From Bulleidia sp. (GTDB lineage Bacteria; Bacillota; Clostridia; Lachnospirales; Lachnospiraceae), in NCBI GenBank assembly GCA_963640245.1, contig CAVHYN010000042.1:4102-68101 (forward strand): a stretch of 64,000 bases of DNA, written 5' to 3'. Of the stretch, positions 19,763-29,266 are shown piece after piece. Under the pieces are notes generated by a model. It was not told the origin of the DNA. It was given only the letters and a program-made list of their open reading frames with translations, and did no database searches. Each line of letters starts with the position of its first letter. Position 1 is the first letter of the stretch. The position numbers and the translations under genes were made by a program.

Positions 19763-20004
19763 GTTTATGAATCCTTTCTTTGTTGTAACTATTCAGAGCC
19801 ATGCAAAACTGCGTTCTGCGAATGCTTGCATTCAGGCAGATAAGCAGTTTTATATGGCGAGGTAACCACATGAGCAAAAGCAAAGCCTCGCAGAGGCGAT
19901 TTTGCGAATGGGGTTCTGAATAGTTACTCTTTGTTATCAATTTTAGTATACCAGATTCATGAAAAGCTGTCCGAAAAAGTGTCTTAATTTATAAGACCAT
20001 TATA
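19682..20004 (-). mobile_element. IS3-family left-end remnant (terminus, promoter, first ~27 codons of orfA), interrupted by a MITE
   Basis: MSRQRRNFSAKFKSDLRIELLKGEKDL resembles IS3 OrfA N-termini; upstream TATAATGGTCTTATAAATTAAGACAC end-like sequence; TGG-TATACT extended -10. Confidence 0.65.
19785..19927. mobile_element. 143-bp MITE with GTAACTATTCAG terminal inverted repeats
   Basis: GTAACTATTCAGAGCC / GGTTCTGAATAGTTAC (15/16 complementary), flanked by the direct repeat TCTTTGTT at 19777-19784 and 19928-19935. Confidence 0.88.
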
Positions 20005-20015
20005 CTTTTTTTCAT

Positions 20016-20060
20016 AAAAACAGCCCCGTCACCAATATTACTATCGGTGATGGGGCTTAT
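20016..20060 (-). terminator. ppdK intrinsic terminator
   Basis: AAAAACAGCCCCGTCACC...GGTGATGGGGCT. Confidence 0.7.
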
Positions 20061-20088
20061 CACACTTTTGCCTAAAGCAAACCTGCTA

Positions 20089-22713
20089 TTACTTGTTGCT
20101 GATAGCTGCCTGTGCTGCTGCAAGGCGAGCGATGGGTACGCGGAACGGGGAGCAGGATACATAGTCCAGACCAATCTTATGGCAGAATTCTACGGAGGAG
20201 GGGTCGCCGCCGTGCTCGCCGCAGATACCTACGTGGAGCTTCGGATTTACCGGCTTGCCAAGCTTGATAGCCAGCTCCATAAGCTTGCCGACACCTGTCT
20301 GATCCAGCTTTGCAAACGGGTCATTCTCCAGAATCTTCTTGTCATAGTATGCATTCAGGAACTTGCCTGCATCGTCACGGGAGAAGCCAAAGGTCATCTG
20401 AGTCAGATCATTGGTACCGAAGCAGAAGAAGTCTGCATCCTTTGCAATCTCATCTGCGGTCAGGGCAGCTCTCGGGATCTCGATCATCGTACCTACCTCA
20501 TACTCCAAATCAATGCCGGAGGCCTTGATCTCAGCATCTGCAGTCTCTACTACAATCTTCTTGACATACTTCAGTTCCTTATCCTCGCATACCAGCGGAA
20601 TCATAATTTCCGGCTTCACCGTCCAGTCTGCGTGCGCCTTCTTTACATTGATAGCCGCGCGGATGACAGCCTTGGTCTGCATCTTCGCAATCTCCGGATA
20701 GGTGACAGCCAGACGGCAGCCTCTGTGTCCCATCATCGGGTTGAACTCATGAAGGGATGCAATGATATTCTTGATGGTCTCTACGGATTTTCCCTGTGCC
20801 TTAGCCAGTTTTTCGATGTCTGCTTCCTCGGTGGGAACAAACTCATGAAGAGGCGGATCCAGAAAACGGATGGTTACCGGGCAGCCCTCCAGAGCTTCAT
20901 ACAGCTTCTCGAAGTCACCCTGCTGATACGGCAGGATCTTGTCAAGCGCCGCTTCTCTCTCTTCTACTGTGTCGGAACAAATCATCTCGCGGAAGGCTGC
21001 GATTCTGTCTTCTTCAAAGAACATATGTTCAGTACGGCAAAGACCGATTCCCTCAGCACCCAGCTCACGTGCCTTCTTTGCGTCTGCCGGTGTATCTGCG
21101 TTTGTACGAACCTTCAGGGTTCTGTACTTGTCTGCCCATGCCATAACGCGGCCGAACTCGCCTGCGATCTTTGCGTCCGCAGTCGGAATCTGTCCGTCGT
21201 AAATATTTCCCGTGGTACCGTCGATGGAGATCCAGTCTCCCTCGTGATACTCCTTGCCAGCCAGTGTAAACTTCTTATTTGCCTCATCCATGGCGATGTC
21301 GCCACAGCCGGATACGCAGCAGGTTCCCATTCCGCGGGCTACGACTGCTGCATGGGAGGTCATGCCGCCGCGAACAGTCAGGATACCCTGAGCCACCTTC
21401 ATACCGGTGATATCCTCCGGAGAGGTCTCCAGACGAACCAGGACAACCTTCTCTCCCTTCTCATCCCATTCTTCTGCATCCTCTGCAGTAAATACGATAC
21501 GTCCGCAGGCTGCTCCCGGGGAAGCTCCCAGACCCTTGCCAGCCGGTGTAGCTGCCTTTAATGCCGCCGGGTCGAATTGCGGATGAAGCAGGGTATCGAG
21601 GTTACGCGGGTCGATCATTGCGACAGCCTCTTCCTCTGTACGCATGCCCTCGTCTACCAGATCGCAGGCAATCTTCAGAGCTGCCTGTGCGGTTCTCTTG
21701 CCATTTCTGGTCTGCAGCATATATAGCTTGCCGTGCTCTACGGTAAATTCCATATCCTGCATGTCTCTGTAATGCTCTTCCAGAATCTTGCATACTTTAT
21801 TGAACTCTGCGAAGGCCTCCGGGAACTTTTCGCCCATCTCGGAGATGTGCATCGGAGTACGAACGCCTGCTACTACGTCCTCGCCCTGGGCATTGGTCAG
21901 GAACTCACCGAACAGCCCCTTCGCACCTGTCGCCGGGTCACGGGTAAAGGCTACGCCGGTACCGCAGTCATCACCCATGTTTCCGAATGCCATGGACTGT
22001 ACGTTGACTGCTGTTCCCCAGGAATAGGGAATATCATTGTCGCGGCGATATACATTTGCACGGGGGTTATCCCAGGAACGGAATACAGCTTTGATGGCTC
22101 CCATCAGCTGTTCCTTCGGATCGTCCGGGAAGTCTGTACCGATTTTTTCTTTATACTCGGCCTTGAACTGGTTTGCCAGCTCTTTCAGGTCATCTGCGCT
22201 AAGCTCTACATCCTGCTTTACGCCCTTTTTCTCTTTCATGGCGTCGATCAGCTCTTCGAAGTATTTCTTTCCGACTTCCATTACGACGTCTGAATACATC
22301 TGGATAAATCTCCGATAGCAGTCCCAAGCCCAGCGGGGATTGCCGGATTTCTCTGCAATTGCATTTACTACGGTCTCGTTCAGACCCAGATTCAGGATCG
22401 TGTCCATCATACCCGGCATGGATGCCCGTGCACCGGAACGTACGGATACCAGCAGCGGATTCTCTGCATCACCGAATTTTTTCCCGGTAATCTCTTCCAT
22501 CTTACCGATGTACTCGCCGATCTGTCCCATGATCTCTTCGTTGATTTCCTGTCCGTCTTCATAGTACTGGGTGCAGGCTTCTGTCGTAATCGTGAAGCCC
22601 TGCGGTACGGGAAGTCCAAGCCCTGTCATCTCTGCCAGATTTGCTCCTTTTCCGCCAAGAAGATTGCGCATCTGCGCATTTCCTTCTTTGAATAAGTAAA
22701 CCCATTTTGCCAT
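20089..22713 (-). CDS. ppdK: Pyruvate, phosphate dikinase
   Basis: LLGGKGANLAEM, GGMTSHAAVVAR, GIGLCRTEHMF and GICGEHGGDP motifs. Confidence 0.97.
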   Translation of the reverse strand: MAKWVYLFKEGNAQMRNLLGGKGANLAEMTGLGLPVPQGFTITTEACTQYYEDGQEINEEIMGQIGEYIGKMEEITGKKFGDAENPLLVSVRSGARASMPGMMDTILNLGLNETVVNAIAEKSGNPRWAWDCYRRFIQMYSDVVMEVGKKYFEELIDAMKEKKGVKQDVELSADDLKELANQFKAEYKEKIGTDFPDDPKEQLMGAIKAVFRSWDNPRANVYRRDNDIPYSWGTAVNVQSMAFGNMGDDCGTGVAFTRDPATGAKGLFGEFLTNAQGEDVVAGVRTPMHISEMGEKFPEAFAEFNKVCKILEEHYRDMQDMEFTVEHGKLYMLQTRNGKRTAQAALKIACDLVDEGMRTEEEAVAMIDPRNLDTLLHPQFDPAALKAATPAGKGLGASPGAACGRIVFTAEDAEEWDEKGEKVVLVRLETSPEDITGMKVAQGILTVRGGMTSHAAVVARGMGTCCVSGCGDIAMDEANKKFTLAGKEYHEGDWISIDGTTGNIYDGQIPTADAKIAGEFGRVMAWADKYRTLKVRTNADTPADAKKARELGAEGIGLCRTEHMFFEEDRIAAFREMICSDTVEEREAALDKILPYQQGDFEKLYEALEGCPVTIRFLDPPLHEFVPTEEADIEKLAKAQGKSVETIKNIIASLHEFNPMMGHRGCRLAVTYPEIAKMQTKAVIRAAINVKKAHADWTVKPEIMIPLVCEDKELKYVKKIVVETADAEIKASGIDLEYEVGTMIEIPRAALTADEIAKDADFFCFGTNDLTQMTFGFSRDDAGKFLNAYYDKKILENDPFAKLDQTGVGKLMELAIKLGKPVNPKLHVGICGEHGGDPSSVEFCHKIGLDYVSCSPFRVPIARLAAAQAAISNK

Positions 22714-23015
22714 TGCCCTGTTTTCCTCCTGTTAATTATGTTTCTCCCTTATTGCTGGGCAAATTATATGCCCCGGCACGTTTTTGTGCCTTACATAAAA
22801 TGAGCGCGGGATCTGTGGTCAACGACCAAACCCTGCGCACATTTATAGTGTAGCACGCTTGTGATATTTGTCAAGGTGTTTTCGTGGATTTATTATGAAT
22901 TTCTTGTAAATTATGCGTGCTTTTTTGTTTATTTTTTAACTATTTCACAGGAATCCACATGGATGGATTCGGTAAATTGTAGAATTGTAGAGAGGTTGTG
23001 TAAAGATTGTAGGAA

Positions 23016-23070
23016 GTGTTCTGAGCGAGACGGACGGAGTGCCCCTCCGAAACACGCGGATTTTCCTGCT
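23016..23070 (+). repeat. Truncated copy of the structured repeat (left arm of element A)
   Basis: Aligns with 25931-25986 and shares the exact 17-mer AACACGCGGATTTTCCT; ends at the adhE stop codon. Confidence 0.7.
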
Positions 23071-25690
23071 AATTTCCATAATAAGCTTTCAGGTACAGTT
23101 CCTTGATCTCGGACATCAGCGGGTACCGCGGGTTGGCGCCGGTGCACTGGTCGTTGAAGGCGTTCTCTACCATTTCGTCGAGGGTGGCCAGGAAGTCTTC
23201 TTCTTTGATGTCGTAGTCTTTGATATACTTTTTGATGCCGACGCGCTCTTTCAGGGCTGCGATAGCAGCGATAAAGTTTTCGAAGACTTCGTCATCATTC
23301 TTGCCGGTGATGCCGACGAAACGAGCCACTTCGCAGTAGCGCTCCTTGGCATGTGGATACGGATACTGAGAGAAGGTTCCCATTTTTACCGGAGCCGGGT
23401 CAGCGTTGTAGCGCATGATGTGCTCGATGAGCAAAGCGTTTGCTACGCCGTGCGGCAGATGGTGGTATGCGCCCAGCTTATGTGCCATGGAGTGGCAGAC
23501 TCCCAGGAAGGCGTTGGCAAATGCCATACCGGCCATGGTGGAGGCATTGGCCATATGCTCTCTTGCTACCGGATCGTTTGGTCCGTCGTCGTAGCAGCGG
23601 GGCAGATAGTCGAAGATATTTTTTGCCGCCTTCAGTGCCAGACCGTCCGTGAAATCGGTGGCCATGATGGACACGTATGCCTCCAGCGCATGGGTCAAGG
23701 CATCGATTCCGGAAGCACTCGTGAGTCCCTTCGGCTGTGTCATCATATAATCGGTGTCGATGATGGCCATATTGGGCAATAGTTCGTAGTCCGCGATAGG
23801 CCATTTGGTTCCGGTGTCCGCATCTGTGATGATAGCAAACGGGGTTACCTCGGATCCGGTGCCGGAGGAGGTAGGAATCGCCACGAACATAGCTTTCTCG
23901 CCCATCTTCGGGAATACATAGACACGTTTCCGGATATCCATGAAGTCCATAGCCAGGTCTTCAAAATTGCACTCGGGATGCTCATACATGAGCCACATGA
24001 TCTTGCCTGCGTCCATCGCAGATCCACCGCCCAGAGCGATGATCACATCAGGGTTAAAGGCACGAATCTGTTCCACTCCCCTTCTCGCGCACTGGAGGGT
24101 CGGATCGGGCGCTACTTCGTAGAAGCAGGCGTAGGTAATTCCCATTTCATCCAGCTTATCCGTGATGGGTTTGGTATGGCCATTGCTGTAGAGGAAGCCA
24201 TCGGTTACGATAAAGGCTTTTTTCTTATGGTAATAGGTTTTCAGCTCATCCAGCGCCACCGGCAGGCAGCCTTTTTTAAAGTATACTTTCTGCGGCGTGC
24301 GGAACCAAAGCATGTTTTCTCTCCTTTCTGCCACGGTCTTGATATTGATCAGATGCTTCACGTTGACATTTTCGGATACGGAATTTCCACCGTAGGAACC
24401 GCAGCCCAGGGTCAGGGATGGCGCGAGTTTAAAGTTGTACAGATCACCGATTCCGCCATGTGAGGACGGGGTATTTACCAGGATACGGCAGGTCTTCATG
24501 CGTGCTGCATGCTGTGTCATCTTTTCGATCTCTGACGGATGGATATAGAGGGAGGAGGTATGACCGTAGCCGCCGTCCTCTATGAGCTTCTCGGACATAT
24601 CCAGGGCTGTCTCGAAATCCTTTGCCTTGTAAAGAGCCAGCACAGGGGATAGCTTCTCATGAGCGAAAGGCTCACTGATATCTACAGAGCTTACCTCACC
24701 GATCAGAATCTTTGTATTCTTCGGTACCTCAAACCCTGCGATCTGGGCAATGATGTATGCGGGCTGGCCTACGATCTTCGGATTGACCGTGCCTGCCTCG
24801 GTCAGGATGACTGCGCGCATCTTATCCAGCTCTTCTTTGTTAAGGATATGGCAGCCTCTCTTTACGAATTCTGCCCGTACCTTATCGTAAATATCAGCTA
24901 ATGCAGTAACAGACTGCTCGGATGCACAGATCATACCATTGTCAAAGGTCTTAGAATGAATCACCGAATATACGGAAAGCTCGATATCGCAGCTGCTGTC
25001 CATGATTACCGGCGTATTGCCGGGGCCTACGCCGATGGCCGGCTTGCCTGAGGAATAGGCTGCCTTTACCATGCCCGGACCGCCGGTGGCCAGAATCACG
25101 TCTGCACCCTTCATCAGCTCGTTGGAGAGCTCGATAGTCGGACTCTCAATACAGTCGATAAGTCCCTTCGGTGCGCCTGCCTTTTCTGCAGCTTCTCTTA
25201 CGATGCGTGCCGCTTCAGCCGTACATTTTTTTGCACGGGGATGCGGACTGATCAGGATCGCATTGCGGGTTTTCAGACAGATCAGGGTTTTGAAGATAGC
25301 GGTAGATGTGGGATTTGTGGTGGGGATAACCGCGCCCACAAGGCCTACAGACTCTGCGATCTTCTTGATGCCGAAGGATTTGTCCTCCTCGATGACTCCG
25401 CAGGTTTTGACTCCCTTGTAGGCATTGTACATATACTCCGCCGCATAATGGTTCTTGATGACCTTGTCTTCCACTACGCCCATGCCGGTCTCCTCACAGG
25501 CCATCTTCGCCAGGGGGATTCTCTGCTTGTTGGCCGCCATAGCCGCTTCGAAGAAGATGCGGTCTACCTGCTCCTGGGTGAAGGTGGCGTAGATTTTTTG
25601 CGCTTCGCGCATGGCTGCCATTTTCTCTTTCAGCAGCTCCACGTCGGTTCTGGGTTCGGGTGCCGGATTGACTTCTGTCTTTTTCGCCAT
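23069..25690 (-). CDS. adhE: Bifunctional acetaldehyde-CoA/alcohol dehydrogenase
   Basis: ATGGPGMV, DNGMICASEQ, EKLSP, GGGSAMD and GVCHSMAHK motifs. Confidence 0.97.
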   Translation of the reverse strand: MAKKTEVNPAPEPRTDVELLKEKMAAMREAQKIYATFTQEQVDRIFFEAAMAANKQRIPLAKMACEETGMGVVEDKVIKNHYAAEYMYNAYKGVKTCGVIEEDKSFGIKKIAESVGLVGAVIPTTNPTSTAIFKTLICLKTRNAILISPHPRAKKCTAEAARIVREAAEKAGAPKGLIDCIESPTIELSNELMKGADVILATGGPGMVKAAYSSGKPAIGVGPGNTPVIMDSSCDIELSVYSVIHSKTFDNGMICASEQSVTALADIYDKVRAEFVKRGCHILNKEELDKMRAVILTEAGTVNPKIVGQPAYIIAQIAGFEVPKNTKILIGEVSSVDISEPFAHEKLSPVLALYKAKDFETALDMSEKLIEDGGYGHTSSLYIHPSEIEKMTQHAARMKTCRILVNTPSSHGGIGDLYNFKLAPSLTLGCGSYGGNSVSENVNVKHLINIKTVAERRENMLWFRTPQKVYFKKGCLPVALDELKTYYHKKKAFIVTDGFLYSNGHTKPITDKLDEMGITYACFYEVAPDPTLQCARRGVEQIRAFNPDVIIALGGGSAMDAGKIMWLMYEHPECNFEDLAMDFMDIRKRVYVFPKMGEKAMFVAIPTSSGTGSEVTPFAIITDADTGTKWPIADYELLPNMAIIDTDYMMTQPKGLTSASGIDALTHALEAYVSIMATDFTDGLALKAAKNIFDYLPRCYDDGPNDPVAREHMANASTMAGMAFANAFLGVCHSMAHKLGAYHHLPHGVANALLIEHIMRYNADPAPVKMGTFSQYPYPHAKERYCEVARFVGITGKNDDEVFENFIAAIAALKERVGIKKYIKDYDIKEEDFLATLDEMVENAFNDQCTGANPRYPLMSEIKELYLKAYYGN

Positions 25691-25738
25691 AGATGACCTC
25701 CTTGTCTTTGGTTTTATGGGTTGTTTGGTTTTATTTGA

Positions 25739-25907
25739 TTGTTAGTTTTTTATCATTTAAATATGCATATTTTTTGTCAATGTTGTGTTAGTTTTCACAA
25801 TCGTTTGGTTGTTTTCTGATTTTTCTTGGTTGCATTGTATCATATTTGGTGAATAAATGGAAGTGTTAAATATATAACTTTTGCTGGTTTCGTTATTTTT
25901 TTAACAT
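25739..25907. promoter_or_regulatory. Cluster of Rex-like operators upstream of adhE
   Basis: TTGTG-N8-CACAA at 25783-25800; weaker 18-mers at 25739-25756, 25863-25880 and 25890-25907. Rex control of clostridial adhE is established. Confidence 0.7.
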
Positions 25908-25936
25908 TTCGTAGGCAAAAAATTTAGGTTGTGTTC

Positions 25937-26128
25937 AGAGAAAGAAGCCGCCGGTCTGCCCTTCGGAACACGCGGATTTTCCTACTCCTCGCAGGCGGCT
26001 GATCCGCGCCCGACCGCCAAACTCGGCCTGCGGCCTCAAACAATGGCTCCTTCGGGCGCTGCCAGCCTGCTCGTCCCGACGGAAAATTCGCTACCGTTCC
26101 GGAGGGCAGACCGGCGGCCTCTTTCTCT
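25937..26128 (+). repeat. Structured rod-like palindromic element A
   Basis: 33-nt arms (25937-25969 / 26096-26128, 2 mismatches) enclosing a core shared with element B. Confidence 0.85.
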
Positions 26129-26308
26129 TGGGTGAACGTTATCAAAGATTCCCATCCTGGCGTGGGCTGACGCCACGTCTTTCGGGCCAATCCGTTTTTA
26201 GGATCTTACGATTCATTATAACTCACACTCTCTCACTCCCGACTTTTAAAGGATGCGTCTTAAAATCTCTCGGTTCGCCGTAGACCGAACCTCCGTCTTT
26301 CATATCCA

Positions 26309-26499
26309 GAAACAGGAAAAATGCACCCCTGGCTGACGGTAGCTTATTTTCCGTAGCTTCTGTCTGCGCTAGGCAGCACCCGAAGGAGCCACTGTCTGAG
26401 GCCCTTTAGGGCCGAGTTTGGCGATCGGGTGCGAATCAGCCGCGCGGACAGAAGCAGGAAAATAATGCGTGTCAGCAAGGGGTGCATTTTCCCTGTTTC
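26309..26499 (-). repeat. Structured rod-like palindromic element B (inverted relative to A)
   Basis: 29-nt arms (26309-26337 / 26471-26499, 2 mismatches); core homologous to A on the opposite strand. Confidence 0.85.
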
Positions 26500-26512
26500 G
26501 TCCTATATGAAA

Positions 26513-27901
26513 TTAAAACGTAAACTTATCTGCAAAGTAAGCATCCAGCTCGTCAATTTTTACACGAACCTGCTCCATAGTATCGCGGTCACGGATGGTT
26601 ACTGCTCCGTCTGTCTCAGACTCGAAGTCGTAGGTCACGCAGAACGGAGTACCGATCTCGTCCTGACGGCGATATCTCTTTCCGATGTTGCCTCTGTCGT
26701 CGAACTCGCAGTTATATTTCTTGCTAAGCTGTGCAAAGATCTTCTCTGCGCCTTCATTCAGCTTCTTAGAGAGCGGCAGTACACCGATCTTTACCGGAGC
26801 GAGTGCCGGATGGAAATGAAGTACGGTACGAGTGTCTCCGCCCTCCAGTTCTTCCTCGTCATATGCAGCGCACAGGAAGGCCAGCACAACGCGGTCTGCA
26901 CCCAGTGACGGCTCGATGACATAGGGAACGTATTTTTCCTTGGACTCGTCATCGAAGTAAGACATATCCTGTCCGGATACGTTCTGATGCTGGGTCAGGT
27001 CGTAGTCGGTTCGGTCTGCGATGCCCCAGAGCTCGCCCCAGCCGAAGGGGAAGAGGAATTCCAGGTCTGTCGTCGCCTTACTGTAGAAGCACAGCTCCTC
27101 CGGAGAATGATCTCTTGCGCGCATCTCGTCATCCTTCATACCGAGGGACTTCAGCCAGTCGATGCAGTACTGCTTCCAGTATGCAAACCACTCCAGATCC
27201 GTACCCGGCTTGCAGAAAAACTCCAGCTCCATCTGCTCGAACTCTCTGGTACGGAAGGTGAAGTTGCCCGGTGTAATCTCGTTACGGAAGGATTTACCAA
27301 TCTGACCGATACCGAAGGGAACCTTCTTTCTGGAGGTTCTCTGTACATTCTTGAAGTTTACAAAGATACCCTGAGCAGTCTCCGGACGAAGGTATACGGT
27401 ATTCTTTGCATCCTCGGTTACACCCTGGAAGGTCTTAAACATCAGATTAAACTGACGGATATCTGTAAAATCATGCTTTCCGCAGGACGGACAGCAGATG
27501 TTATGCTCGTCTACGTAGGCTTTCATCTCCTCCGGAGACCAGGCATCTACAGAGCCCTCAATCTCGATGTTATTTTCTGCCATATAATCCTCGATAAGCT
27601 TGTCGGCACGGAAACGCTCCTTACAGCTCTTACAGTCCATCAACGGATCGGAGAAGCCTCCCAGATGTCCGGATGCTACCCAGGTCTGCGGGTTCATCAA
27701 GATAGCGCAATCTACACCTACATTGTACGGGTTCTCCTGTACGAATTTCTGCCACCAGGCGCGCTTCACATTATTTTTCAGCTCTACGCCCAGATTGCCA
27801 TAATCCCAGGTATTGGCCAGGCCGCCATAGATCTCGGAACCCGGATATACGAAACCTCTTGCCTTTGCCAGAGATACAATTTTGTCCATTGTCTTTTCCA
27901 T
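26513..27901 (-). CDS. glyQS: Glycine--tRNA ligase (alpha2 type)
   Basis: [22 protein letters not shown] and IEPSLG motifs. Confidence 0.96.
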   Translation of the reverse strand: MEKTMDKIVSLAKARGFVYPGSEIYGGLANTWDYGNLGVELKNNVKRAWWQKFVQENPYNVGVDCAILMNPQTWVASGHLGGFSDPLMDCKSCKERFRADKLIEDYMAENNIEIEGSVDAWSPEEMKAYVDEHNICCPSCGKHDFTDIRQFNLMFKTFQGVTEDAKNTVYLRPETAQGIFVNFKNVQRTSRKKVPFGIGQIGKSFRNEITPGNFTFRTREFEQMELEFFCKPGTDLEWFAYWKQYCIDWLKSLGMKDDEMRARDHSPEELCFYSKATTDLEFLFPFGWGELWGIADRTDYDLTQHQNVSGQDMSYFDDESKEKYVPYVIEPSLGADRVVLAFLCAAYDEEELEGGDTRTVLHFHPALAPVKIGVLPLSKKLNEGAEKIFAQLSKKYNCEFDDRGNIGKRYRRQDEIGTPFCVTYDFESETDGAVTIRDRDTMEQVRVKIDELDAYFADKFTF

Positions 27902-27920
27902 TTGTTTTTCTCCTCTTCGC

Positions 27921-28508
27921 TTATTGATAAATAATGTAGGACATTCCGCCCTCTGCGACAGATGCCTGTTTTTTACCTGTGATGCTTACATTTCCGCCAC
28001 CGGATACAGCCAGTATCTTTCCCGGTACTTCCACATTTACCGTTTCATCATTTTCCAGAATCACGATCCTTGCCTTTGCCGGATCCTCCAGGGAACTCAC
28101 CCCTGTCTTCTCTCCGTCCGTATCCACCATATCTCCGGTCAGCTCATATCCTTCTGCCTGAGCCTCCTCTACCGTGCCGGTAAAAAATGTGGACTCGGTA
28201 TATTCCTCATAATACTTTGCTTCCGAAAAGAGCAGCTGAAGGGTTGCTTTTCCGTTCTTTATTCCGAATTTCTTAAGCTCGATCGGATCGGATGCATAGT
28301 TTTGATTGTACTTTGCAAGCTCAGCCTCGATCTCACTTTGAAGCTCGTCGGAATCGTAATAATCCTTGTCAAAGTCCTCCACGATCGTATCGGTTATTCT
28401 TCCCTTTTTATCTACTGCTATGGTATTCTCCTCCGGTTCGGAGCTGCCACAGCCGACAAAAAGTGATAACATGCAGATCAGGAGACAAAAACAGATTGAT
28501 TTTTTCAT
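27921..28508 (-). CDS. Hypothetical acidic lipoprotein
   Basis: Lipobox FVGC; AGGAGG RBS; operonic between recO and glyQS. Confidence 0.75.
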   Translation of the reverse strand: MKKSICFCLLICMLSLFVGCGSSEPEENTIAVDKKGRITDTIVEDFDKDYYDSDELQSEIEAELAKYNQNYASDPIELKKFGIKNGKATLQLLFSEAKYYEEYTESTFFTGTVEEAQAEGYELTGDMVDTDGEKTGVSSLEDPAKARIVILENDETVNVEVPGKILAVSGGGNVSITGKKQASVAEGGMSYIIYQ

Positions 28509-28585
28509 CTAGACTCCTCCTACTTTTTCTCCGAAGCCTTTGCTCCGGGAAATCCCATATAGTATATCGTCTTTTAGGGCATTTT

Positions 28586-29260
28586 TCAAGTCCCGTCACC
28601 CGAAATCACAGCCTCACAGCTTTCCAATATCTCCAGAGATTTGAAATGCCCTTCCATATACGTATCCCGGTACCTGCGAAGTACCGCTCCCAGCTCCCCA
28701 AGCACCTGTTCCGAGACGTTAAAGGTATAGAGCTTTTCGATCGGAGAGGCAGCGATATACTGCAGGGTATAGCGTGTGGATTCGCATACCTGAAGCTCGT
28801 CAAGGTCCGGTGGGCACTCGCCGTTTATCACAAGTACTTTCAGCTCATAGATATAGCGAATCAAGGGATCTGGAATGCTCTTATTTCCCAGTGCCCGCAG
28901 GGACTGATATAGAAGCTTCAGCATCAGTACCTCATCATTTGCTTCTCTGGTATAGTATTCCGCGATCTCACAGAAATAAAAGCCGTAGCAGGCACCTTCG
29001 AAATCTGTACTCAGTTCCTGGAAATAATTGGAGATTTCTGCCTGTTCCAGATTATAAGAGGTTCGTCCCTCAAAAAGCTGAAATTTACCGAAGACAAAGG
29101 AATTGCATACGGCAAGCAGCGGACTGTTCGGGCGTCTCGCTCCCCGGGCAAAGGCTGTGATTTTCCCCCGTTCCCGGGTCAGGAGGACGATGCGTTTGTC
29201 ATAGTCCCCCTGGGGATAGGCTGCCAGAACCTGCCCCGTCACGGTAATCAACTGTCCCAT
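28586..29260 (-). CDS. recO: DNA repair protein RecO
   Basis: DKRIVLLTRERGKI.AFARGARR motif; follows era. Confidence 0.92.
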   Translation of the reverse strand: MGQLITVTGQVLAAYPQGDYDKRIVLLTRERGKITAFARGARRPNSPLLAVCNSFVFGKFQLFEGRTSYNLEQAEISNYFQELSTDFEGACYGFYFCEIAEYYTREANDEVLMLKLLYQSLRALGNKSIPDPLIRYIYELKVLVINGECPPDLDELQVCESTRYTLQYIAASPIEKLYTFNVSEQVLGELGAVLRRYRDTYMEGHFKSLEILESCEAVISGDGT

Positions 29261-29266
29261 TCTTTA

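Noticed and set aside
20047..21561. 504-aa plus-strand ORF, and similar long antisense ORFs (12136-13437, 37385-38506, 57842-59014, 44412-45392)
   Set aside because: They mirror well-supported conserved genes, have no recognisable motifs, and are explained by codon bias suppressing antisense stops.
25924..26190. Short ORFs across the hairpin elements
   Set aside because: They are by-products of GC-rich palindromes with no convincing RBS.
26380..26425. Hammerhead-like CUGUCUGA-stem-GAGU in element B
   Set aside because: Lacks the CUGAnGA/GAAA core and a stem-III cleavage triplet; not called a ribozyme.
27902..27920. T-box upstream of glyQS
   Set aside because: The gap to the upstream gene is only 19 nt; no T-box consensus.
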